Shown here: positions 18,990-27,266 of the stretch, one piece after another
Layout: each line of letters begins with the position of its first letter
Position numbering within the stretch: position 1 is the stretch's first letter
From: Fusobacteriota bacterium
Lineage (GTDB): Bacteria; Fusobacteriota; Fusobacteriia; Fusobacteriales; JBNJFI01
NCBI GenBank assembly: GCA_051746725.1
Contig: JBNJFI010000003.1
Location: 9,071 to 73,070 of the forward strand
Length of the DNA: 64,000 nt
Reading direction: 5' to 3'
Notes under the pieces: model-generated
Told to the model about the DNA's origin: nothing
Database searches by the model: none
The model's input: only the letters and a program-made list of their open reading frames with translations
Position numbers and translations under genes: made by a program

Positions 18990-20683
18990 TGAGAAATAAG
19001 ATGTTAAGAGTTCTATTTATTTTTATAATTTTAACAACCTCTTTATTAGGTCAAGATGAATATGATTTAGGGGAAAAAGAAGTTATAGGGGTAGATGAAA
19101 GAGAATATAAAGAAGAGATTGAATTATCTGAATACGATCCAGATTCAGAAGAGTTAATTTTAAATGAAGAGTTAAAAGTTGAAGAAGATTTGGAAAACGA
19201 TGAATATGAAATTGCAACTGATAGTATTGATATAGAAACAAATGACAGGGAATATAAATTAAATTACAATATTAATTTATATTCAAAACCTAAAAATGCA
19301 AACGTTATAGTTCAAGATCGTGAAAGTATGAAAGGTAACCATCTAACTTTTGCTTTAGGGGGATATGATAAAATAGATGCTTTTAAATATATTTTTGATT
19401 ATACAAGAAGAGAATCCGATGATTTTACATACTTTTTACATATAGGAAGAGAAATTAAAGGAGAAGATCGACCAAACGATGATCAAAGTATAGATAATTA
19501 TTATGGACAATTTTGGTATAAAAAATTAAATACTTCGATATCTCATACTATTGATGATGAAAAATTACCAGGAATAGCAGGAGAAGATGTAGATAGTTCT
19601 TATAAAAAATCAAAGGACACAACGCTTCAGCTTAACTATAAAGCATTGGATCAAGATTTGGTTTTGAATTCTATGATACAAAATCTAACAGTAAATAGCA
19701 ATGAGTCAAAACGACAATATGACAAGTATACTTTTAATGGAGGCATAGAGTATAATGTTTCTCCATACGAAGTAGATATCTTAGATGGGATGGAAAACAG
19801 ATTAACTTTAAATTTTGATTACCATATTGATCGAATCGATACAACTCAAATAAGTTCTTTAAAATTAGTTTTGGATGATAAATTTAAAGTCAACAGATTC
19901 GAAAAATGGGATGCTAACCTTAAAGTTGGGTTAGAAATGCTAATCGATAATAAGAATGATCAAAATCATTTAGTTCAGATTGATTTAAACAGATCTATTA
20001 AGGATGATTTTAATTTTAACTTTGGAATAAAAAATGAAAGATTTTATAAAGACAGTAGTTATAAACTAGAAGCATTTACAATTGATAATGATATATTAAC
20101 TGATAATTTATTAGATTTAGAGATGGAAGAAAATTTTGAAATTAAAGCAGGTATTGAGTATACCAAGAATGATTATTATGTAAACGGGAATTTAAGACAT
20201 ATAATTTCTAAAGATAAAATCATTTATTACCAGGATGCTATTGATACAGATTCTGATGGAACAGATGAAGAAACAGTTATTAGAGTTGATAATGCAAATG
20301 GAAAAGAGGCTTATCAGGAACTAGAATTAGTTGGAGGGTATACATATAATCAATATAGAGGTAAATTTACTTATACATTTAATACTTTATCAGACTTACC
20401 TTTTTTGCCTCAAAATAAAGTAAAACTAAATCTAATATACGAACAAGATAAGTTAAAAATGGATTTAGAAGGAGAATATGTTTCTGAAATGTACGGAAAT
20501 AAAGGTGAAACTGAAAAGTTAAAAGGCTATAAAGAACTCAATCTTTATAATTCCTATGCAGTAAATGATAGAATGACATTAAAATTAGACTTTTTTAATT
20601 TACTTAATGTAACAGAGGATATCAAAAAAGGTTATCCAAAACCATCTAGAAAAATTATGATGGAAATAAAAATCAAATATTAA
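18986..20683 (+). CDS. Putative outer-membrane beta-barrel (TonB-dependent-receptor-like C-terminus)
   Basis: Signal peptide, acidic N-terminus, alternating amphipathic strands, TBDR-like ending (FFNLLN...GYP.PSRKIMMEIKIKY) with terminal aromatic residue; directly precedes exbB/exbD/tonB. Confidence 0.65.
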   Translation: MMRNKMLRVLFIFIILTTSLLGQDEYDLGEKEVIGVDEREYKEEIELSEYDPDSEELILNEELKVEEDLENDEYEIATDSIDIETNDREYKLNYNINLYSKPKNANVIVQDRESMKGNHLTFALGGYDKIDAFKYIFDYTRRESDDFTYFLHIGREIKGEDRPNDDQSIDNYYGQFWYKKLNTSISHTIDDEKLPGIAGEDVDSSYKKSKDTTLQLNYKALDQDLVLNSMIQNLTVNSNESKRQYDKYTFNGGIEYNVSPYEVDILDGMENRLTLNFDYHIDRIDTTQISSLKLVLDDKFKVNRFEKWDANLKVGLEMLIDNKNDQNHLVQIDLNRSIKDDFNFNFGIKNERFYKDSSYKLEAFTIDNDILTDNLLDLEMEENFEIKAGIEYTKNDYYVNGNLRHIISKDKIIYYQDAIDTDSDGTDEETVIRVDNANGKEAYQELELVGGYTYNQYRGKFTYTFNTLSDLPFLPQNKVKLNLIYEQDKLKMDLEGEYVSEMYGNKGETEKLKGYKELNLYNSYAVNDRMTLKLDFFNLLNVTEDIKKGYPKPSRKIMMEIKIKY

Positions 20684-20697
20684 AGGGGAGTGAAAAT

Positions 20698-21300
20698 ATG
20701 TTAGAAATAATTTCAGCAGGTGGTTTTTTAGTTTATATAATAATACTTTTTTCAATTTTAGGTTTGGGTGTTGTAATCGAAAGAGTTATATACTTTTCTT
20801 GGGTAGAAACTGGGAATTACGATGGATTAAAAGAAGAGGTAAAAGATCTTATTGCAGTAAATGATTTTGAATCTGCAGAGATAGTTTGCCAAAATCATGA
20901 TAGTTCTGTGTCAAAAATCATAGAAACTGTTATTTCAAATAGAAACAGGAAGAAGGAAGTTTTAGATGATAAGATAAAAGAGGTTGCATTGGATCAAATT
21001 CCTGTTTTAGAAAAATTTATGTGGATATTATCAACAACGGCGCATGTTACTCCATTAATTGGGCTATTGGGAACAGTAACTGGTATGATAAAAGCTTTTA
21101 ATGTTATTGCTATCCAGGGAGTGGGAAAACCAGAAATGTTAGCCGAAGGAATTTCTCAAGCATTAATTACAACAGCGGCAGGTCTTACTGTTGCAATACC
21201 GGCTTTAGTTTGTTATAATTTTTTAAACAAAAAGATTGATTCTATTATAAATGAAATGGAGAAATCTTCTGTTGAGTTTCTTGATCTGTTGGGGCGGTGA
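20698..21300 (+). CDS. exbB: MotA/TolQ/ExbB proton channel protein
   Basis: TPLIGLLGTVTGMI, GISQALITTAAGL.VAIP. Confidence 0.88.
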   Translation: MLEIISAGGFLVYIIILFSILGLGVVIERVIYFSWVETGNYDGLKEEVKDLIAVNDFESAEIVCQNHDSSVSKIIETVISNRNRKKEVLDDKIKEVALDQIPVLEKFMWILSTTAHVTPLIGLLGTVTGMIKAFNVIAIQGVGKPEMLAEGISQALITTAAGLTVAIPALVCYNFLNKKIDSIINEMEKSSVEFLDLLGR

Positions 21301-21716
21301 ATATAGTGAAATTTAGAAAAATAAAAAGGAGAACCGGTGGAGATATATTTCTAGAGTTAACACCATTAATAGATGTTGTGTTTTTATTATTAATATTTTT
21401 CATGGTAAGCACAACTTTTGTAGATATTAATACAGGAATCAATATTGTCCTGCCTCATTCAACTGTGAACGAAATATCGCAGTCCAGAGAAGTTATAATC
21501 ACAGTTACAGAAAAGGAAAAGATATATGTTAATAAAGAACAAGTAGATATTAATGAATTACAATTCAAAATAGAGGAAGTCCTTATGGAAAATAAAAAGG
21601 ACAATGTGATTATAAAGGCAGATAAAAATTTGTCTCATGGATTAATTGTTGATATAATGACTAAATCTAAAAATGCAGGAGCAACAGAAATTGATATAGC
21701 AACGCAAGAGAAGTAG
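21297..21716 (+). CDS. exbD: ExbD/TolR biopolymer transport protein
   Basis: LTPLIDVVFLLLIFFMV with the essential Asp; IKADK. Confidence 0.9.
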   Translation: MNIVKFRKIKRRTGGDIFLELTPLIDVVFLLLIFFMVSTTFVDINTGINIVLPHSTVNEISQSREVIITVTEKEKIYVNKEQVDINELQFKIEEVLMENKKDNVIIKADKNLSHGLIVDIMTKSKNAGATEIDIATQEK

Positions 21717-22616
21717 GTGGGATTTATGCTAGGAAAAGAAGATAAGATATATATATATGCAATAATAGTTTCTTTTATTGTGCATATTATATTGATAAAT
21801 ATATTACCTGGATTAAGGAGTTTAGAAATTGATTCAAAAGAAGAAGAAATTAAATCGGTTAAAACAAGATTTATAAAATTAAAAAAAAATAGTACCTCTG
21901 ATTCAGAAGTAAAACGGGATACTCAAAAAAGTAAGATAGAAACAGAAGAATCTGGAGATAAATTGGAGCAAGAAGAATCTCAAGTAGTCTCTGGAGAAAC
22001 AGAAGAAGTTGAATTTACAGATACAATGCCAGAAGTGGATCTTTCTGCACAAAATGTAATACGGAGAGAAAATACCAGAGATATTATATTAACTAAAGAG
22101 GATGATACTACTTTCAAAAAAGGTCAAGAAGAAGTTGATTTTAAAAATAGTGATTTAAAGTTTGATTCGAATAAGAATCTTGACGAAGAAGTAGAAAATA
22201 TTGAAGATAAAATACCAGTAAAAATTGAAGAAGATTTTGAAAATGGAGAAATCGCAATCAATGTTGATGATATTGAAAATGTAGGATCAATTACAGATGT
22301 CGAAATGCCTGATGGAATAAAAAAAATTGAAGTAGAAGGAAAAGGTAGAATAACAAGCTTTGTTGGAAGGAACCCTGAATACCCAGATTTAGCTAGAAAA
22401 AGAGGATGGGAAGGGCAAGTGCATCTGGAATTTATTGTTACCGAAAATTCTGAAGTTGAAAGAGTAAATATTAAGAAAAAAAGTGGTTATGATATTTTGG
22501 ATATTGAGGCCAAAAAAGAGATTTCTAATTGGCAACTACAAATTGTAAACAACGGGATGCAAATTAGAGGAAAAGTTAATGTTATTATTGACTTTAGATT
22601 AGAATCAAAAAATTAA
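21717..22616 (+). CDS. tonB: TonB family energy transducer
   Basis: N-terminal TM with S...H (SFIVH); C-terminal TonB_C (PEYPDLARKRGWEGQV, SGYDILD, IDFRL). Confidence 0.8.
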   Translation: MGFMLGKEDKIYIYAIIVSFIVHIILINILPGLRSLEIDSKEEEIKSVKTRFIKLKKNSTSDSEVKRDTQKSKIETEESGDKLEQEESQVVSGETEEVEFTDTMPEVDLSAQNVIRRENTRDIILTKEDDTTFKKGQEEVDFKNSDLKFDSNKNLDEEVENIEDKIPVKIEEDFENGEIAINVDDIENVGSITDVEMPDGIKKIEVEGKGRITSFVGRNPEYPDLARKRGWEGQVHLEFIVTENSEVERVNIKKKSGYDILDIEAKKEISNWQLQIVNNGMQIRGKVNVIIDFRLESKN

Positions 22617-22640
22617 ATTTACCATACGAGAGGAGAAACA

Positions 22641-24041
22641 GTGAAAAGTTTAGCAGTTAGAATTAAAAAAAATGCAACTAAGAAATTACAAAAGACGTTT
22701 AAGAAACATGATTATGAAATTAATTTTATAGATGAATTAGAAGAAATGTTTAATATAATTGAAGATGGGAATACTGATGTTGTTATTTTAGATGGGGATC
22801 ATTATAAATATGCAGAATTAATTGAAATAATAAAAAAAATAAAAACAGCTTCAAAAAAGGTTATAGTACTTGTTATAGGAGAACGAAGTTCTTTTAAAAT
22901 TGTAGCTGGTTCAATTAAAAATGGAGCATATGATTATATATTAAAACCTATTGACTCTGTAAAAATCATGAAAATAGCTGAAAGAGCTATTAAAAACCAA
23001 AAGATTAAATCGGAAAAAGTTAAAGGCGAAAATATGATTTTAAAAGAAGATAAAATCATTGGAACCACAAAAGAAATGGTTAATATATATAAATTAATAG
23101 GAAAAGTTTCAGAAAGCAGCATAACTACTTTAATTAATGGTGAAAGTGGTACAGGAAAGGAATTAATAGCAAAAGCTATACATAATTTTAGTGCTAATAA
23201 AAATATGCCTTTTGTTAAGATGAATTGCACATCAACGACAATGAAATCTTTCGAAAAAGAACTTTTTGGATATAAAACGGATGAGCATAACCAAAAATTA
23301 AGTAAATTTGAACTTGCTTATGGAGGAACTTTATTTTTAGAAGAGGTTTGTAATCTTGATTTGGAAATGCAATCTAAGCTATTAGAAACTATACAAAAAA
23401 ATACGTTTCATAGAATCGGAGATACAAAGGAAAGAAAGCTTAATACAAGGATCATAGCATCATCAACTAAAAACTTAGAAGATATGATAGTAGAAGGAAC
23501 TTTTAGAGATGATCTTTATCATAGATTAAAAGTAGTAGAATTTAACCTGCCTCCTTTAAGAGAAAGAAAAGATGATATAACACTTTTGATTAATTATTGG
23601 AGAAATTACTTTAATGATGTTTTAGAAAAAGATATTAAAGGTGTATCAAAATCAGCTATGAAAAAAATGATGAGATATGATTGGCCTGGAAATATAAGTG
23701 AACTAAAAAATGCAGTAAAAAGCGCAATGGCAATTTGTAGAGGGGATACAATATTAATTGAAGATCTTCCTGCTAATGTTATTAAAGCAAAGATTGCAAA
23801 GCGACATGGAGATATGCAAGACTGGGTATTAGCTGATTGGATAGAAGGAGAGATTAGTATATTAGAACAACAAGATACAGATGAACCTAATTATTACAAT
23901 GGAGTAATTTCGAGGGTTGAACGTGAAGTTATTAGACAAACATTAGAAATTGCAAATGGGAAAAAAGTAGAAACTGCTAGATTATTAGGAATAACGAGAA
24001 ATACTTTGAGGTCAAAAATGAATAAATATGGTTTAGAGTAA
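22641..24041 (+). CDS. Atypical NtrC-family regulator (receiver, AAA+ lacking GAFTGA, Fis HTH)
   Basis: GAYDYILKP, Walker A GESGTGKE, FRDDLYHRL, WPGNISEL, HTH TARLLGITRNTLRSK. ELFGY is followed by KTDEH rather than GAFTGA, and Walker B reads LFLEEV. Confidence 0.85.
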   Translation: MKSLAVRIKKNATKKLQKTFKKHDYEINFIDELEEMFNIIEDGNTDVVILDGDHYKYAELIEIIKKIKTASKKVIVLVIGERSSFKIVAGSIKNGAYDYILKPIDSVKIMKIAERAIKNQKIKSEKVKGENMILKEDKIIGTTKEMVNIYKLIGKVSESSITTLINGESGTGKELIAKAIHNFSANKNMPFVKMNCTSTTMKSFEKELFGYKTDEHNQKLSKFELAYGGTLFLEEVCNLDLEMQSKLLETIQKNTFHRIGDTKERKLNTRIIASSTKNLEDMIVEGTFRDDLYHRLKVVEFNLPPLRERKDDITLLINYWRNYFNDVLEKDIKGVSKSAMKKMMRYDWPGNISELKNAVKSAMAICRGDTILIEDLPANVIKAKIAKRHGDMQDWVLADWIEGEISILEQQDTDEPNYYNGVISRVEREVIRQTLEIANGKKVETARLLGITRNTLRSKMNKYGLE

Positions 24042-24053
24042 AGGAGCTACGTA

Positions 24054-25529
24054 ATGTATAAAACATTATATAGAAAATATAGGCCTAAAAATTTTAATGA
24101 GATATATGGAGAAGATGATATAATAAGGGCTTTACAAAATAGTTTGAAAAATGATCAAACATCACATGCTTACTTATTTACAGGTCCAAGAGGAATAGGG
24201 AAAACTACAACTGCTCGACTAATGGCAAAGGCTTTAAACTGTGAAACAGGAGTAACAGATTCTCCTTGCAATAAGTGTAAAAATTGCAAAGGAATTGACA
24301 ATGGAAACTTTTTTGATCTAATTGAAATTGATGCTGCATCCAATCGAGGAATTGATAAAATTAGAGAATTAAAAGAAAAAGTTAATTATAAACCTGTAGA
24401 AGGAAGAAAAAAAGTTTATATAATAGATGAGGTTCATATGCTTACAAAGGAAGCTTTTAATGCTCTTTTAAAAACTTTGGAAGAACCTCCTGAATATGTT
24501 GTGTTTGTTTTAGCAACAACAGAACCTTCAAAAATATTAGATACTATTATATCAAGATGCCAAAGATATGATTTTAAACCTTTAAGCCAGGAAAAAACAG
24601 TTGAAGCATTAATGGAAATAAGCAAAAAAGAAAATATTAATATCGATATAGAAAGCCTGGAATTGATTCATATAAAATCTGGTGGAAGTTTGAGAGATGG
24701 AATCTCGATATTAGAAAAAGTTATTGCTTTTTATTATTCAGAAGATATTGATATTACAAAGACAGAAAAAGCATTAGGGGTTATACCGAGAAAAAAGCTG
24801 GAAGAGTTTTTTGGAATAATCCAGGATAAAACAAAAACAGAAGGCTTATCATTTTTAGATAAGCTTTGGAGTGAAGGCATAGATATAGAAGAATTTTTAA
24901 AGGATTTTTCATTTTATATAAAAAATAAGATGATCAAATCTGAAGATGAATTAGAAATAGAATTATATATTGAAATGATAGAAAATATTTATGGAGTTAT
25001 CGATAAATTTAAATATGAGGAAGATAAAAGGTTATTAGGATATTTAATATTATATAAATTAATGAGAGATAATAAAAATATTGAAAACCAAAAAAAAGTT
25101 ACTTCACAGATCAACAGACAAGTTCAGCAAGAATCTCAAATAGAGGAAAGTCCTGTTGAAACTAAAAAAAATAATGTTAATATTCAGACTCCAATAAAGA
25201 ACATAAAGAAAAAATGGGATGGTGTTTTAAAAGAGCTTAAGTCTCAAAAAATCTCTCTTTATGCTTTTTTGAATTCTGCATATCCAGATAGAATTCAAGA
25301 CTCAAAGTTAGTTATTATTTTTCCATTTGAAAATAAATTTCATAAAACTTCCATGGAAAAGAGGAAAAATTATGATATTTTTTTAAAAATACTAGAAGAC
25401 TTTTTTGGTGAAAGAATACAAGTAGAGTTTGAAATTGAAAATGGAAATTTAAAAAAGAAAAAAACTGATAATAAAATTTTAGATGATATAATAGACTTTT
25501 TTGATGGTGAAATCGTTGATATGAAATAG
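24054..25529 (+). CDS. dnaX: DNA polymerase III gamma/tau subunit
   Basis: LYRKYRP, GPRGIGKTT, Zn motif C...PC.KC.NC, IDEVHML, NALLKTLEEPP, SRC. Confidence 0.96.
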   Translation: MYKTLYRKYRPKNFNEIYGEDDIIRALQNSLKNDQTSHAYLFTGPRGIGKTTTARLMAKALNCETGVTDSPCNKCKNCKGIDNGNFFDLIEIDAASNRGIDKIRELKEKVNYKPVEGRKKVYIIDEVHMLTKEAFNALLKTLEEPPEYVVFVLATTEPSKILDTIISRCQRYDFKPLSQEKTVEALMEISKKENINIDIESLELIHIKSGGSLRDGISILEKVIAFYYSEDIDITKTEKALGVIPRKKLEEFFGIIQDKTKTEGLSFLDKLWSEGIDIEEFLKDFSFYIKNKMIKSEDELEIELYIEMIENIYGVIDKFKYEEDKRLLGYLILYKLMRDNKNIENQKKVTSQINRQVQQESQIEESPVETKKNNVNIQTPIKNIKKKWDGVLKELKSQKISLYAFLNSAYPDRIQDSKLVIIFPFENKFHKTSMEKRKNYDIFLKILEDFFGERIQVEFEIENGNLKKKKTDNKILDDIIDFFDGEIVDMK

Positions 25530-25547
25530 GTTTCAAAAAAGGGGGAG

Positions 25548-27245
25548 ATGAAAATGGGATCTTATATGGAATATATGTATTTAGAAAATTTAAGTACAAG
25601 GATGAGTTTGGATGAAAAGCTAAATGACATAAAACAGTTAGGAAAGTTAAGAAGTAAAGTTGCCATTCCAAAGTTAACAGAGTTAGCAAAAAATCCAGAT
25701 CAAACTAAACAGATCAGAACTACTTCAATTTTAGCTTTAATTGAAATTGGAGATCACTCTTTTCTAAAGGAGTTTGTGCCTTTTTCTGAGATCGAGGATC
25801 AAGATATTTTGGAATTACTTATAATAGCAATAGGTAAATTACATGCAATAGAACTTTTACCAGAATATAGTTCATTTATAGACTCTAAAAATAAAGATTT
25901 AAAACTTAAAATCCTAGATATTTTAAAGGGATTTGAAGATATTATAGCTGTAAAAGTTCTATTAGAATTTGTAAAAGATAAAGATTCCGAAATAAGAAAT
26001 ATCGCTAAAAACATTTTAAAGGAATCTAAAACTTTTCAAAATTATGTAACCCAATTAGATGAAACAGAAACACTTAATGTTATTACGTTAATTCCCAAAC
26101 GTGAAGCTGAAAAATTAATTAATAAAATGATAAAAGAGACAGAAGACAAAAGAATTTTAAAAATATTGATTTCAGCTATAGGAGATTTGAAGTTAGAACA
26201 TTCATTTAATTTATTAAAGAATTTATATAAAGTTCATGATATAAAAAGTCTGAGGCTTCATATAATAGATGCCTTAAATAAAACTAAAGATTTAAGGCAT
26301 AAAGAATTTTACCTAGATTTACTTAATGCTCCAAATATAAATAGAGAGATTAAAGCAAAATTAATTTTTGCTTTAGAAAAATATCTTGATGATAGAGTAG
26401 TAGTAGAAGAAATTTTTGAAATAATCGAGAACAGTTCTCAATGGTGGATGTTAAGAAAAGTCTCTATCTTAGTCTTATCTAATAATTTAAATAAGAAAGA
26501 TCTAGATAGGTTATTAGAAATATTGGAGACTGAAAAAGATAGTAGAGTTATTAGAACTCTTATTGAAGTCATGGGAGAAGCTGGCGTATTTGAAGAAGAA
26601 AAATATATTAATATTGGTAGAAAATATTTAGATTCAGAAAGCAGTAGTGTCAAAAAAGTTACGATATTAGCTCTTTCAAAATTAGGAGATAAAAGTGTAT
26701 TGGAAATTTTATTAAGAGATGAAAAGCTTCGAATTCAAATGTTGCCAGATTCTTTAAAAGCACTTACTAATTTTAATGATCCTAGAATAATTGAGATTCT
26801 TTTAGATAATTTAAATTCAGATGATGATGAATTAATAAAAATTTCAATTAATGGTTTGGCTCAATATAATGACAAAAAAATTGAAGAAAAGTTAATTAGA
26901 TTTATACAAAAAGATGATACTAAAAGAGAATATAAAACAAAATTAATTATGATATTATCTAATTATAAAACTGAAAAAGTTTCTAAGCTCTTCAAAAATA
27001 TTTTGAATGATGAATCAGCATGGTGGATGCTAAAAAAAGTAGTAATTATAGCCATTGGAGAGCAAGAAAACTATAATTTGATAAAATCTATAATAAAGCA
27101 CACTAAAAATTTAGATTCTCGAATATCAAAAAATGCAAAATATGTAGCAAAGCAATTTTATACAAATAAGTTATTAAGTGAGATAAAAGATAAAAAAAAT
27201 CTTTATAATTTTGCCAAGGAATATATAGAAATATTTTCGTCATAA
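25548..27245 (+). CDS. HEAT-repeat alpha-solenoid protein with internal duplication
   Basis: Repeated HEAT/PBS-like units (LLEFVKDKDSEIRNIAKNIL, YLDSESSSVKKVTILALSKLG, LNSDDDELIKISINGLA); WWML motif twice, 193 aa apart. Confidence 0.75.
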   Translation: MKMGSYMEYMYLENLSTRMSLDEKLNDIKQLGKLRSKVAIPKLTELAKNPDQTKQIRTTSILALIEIGDHSFLKEFVPFSEIEDQDILELLIIAIGKLHAIELLPEYSSFIDSKNKDLKLKILDILKGFEDIIAVKVLLEFVKDKDSEIRNIAKNILKESKTFQNYVTQLDETETLNVITLIPKREAEKLINKMIKETEDKRILKILISAIGDLKLEHSFNLLKNLYKVHDIKSLRLHIIDALNKTKDLRHKEFYLDLLNAPNINREIKAKLIFALEKYLDDRVVVEEIFEIIENSSQWWMLRKVSILVLSNNLNKKDLDRLLEILETEKDSRVIRTLIEVMGEAGVFEEEKYINIGRKYLDSESSSVKKVTILALSKLGDKSVLEILLRDEKLRIQMLPDSLKALTNFNDPRIIEILLDNLNSDDDELIKISINGLAQYNDKKIEEKLIRFIQKDDTKREYKTKLIMILSNYKTEKVSKLFKNILNDESAWWMLKKVVIIAIGEQENYNLIKSIIKHTKNLDSRISKNAKYVAKQFYTNKLLSEIKDKKNLYNFAKEYIEIFSS

Positions 27246-27266
27246 ATAAAAATAATACAGGGGGTA

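Noticed and set aside
24776..24797. In-frame A AAA AAG with upstream AGGGGT in dnaX, resembling the E. coli -1 frameshift signal
   Set aside because: It lies at about codon 247 and would truncate before the oligomerisation domain; there is no strong downstream hairpin, and the heptamer is expected by chance at this AT content.
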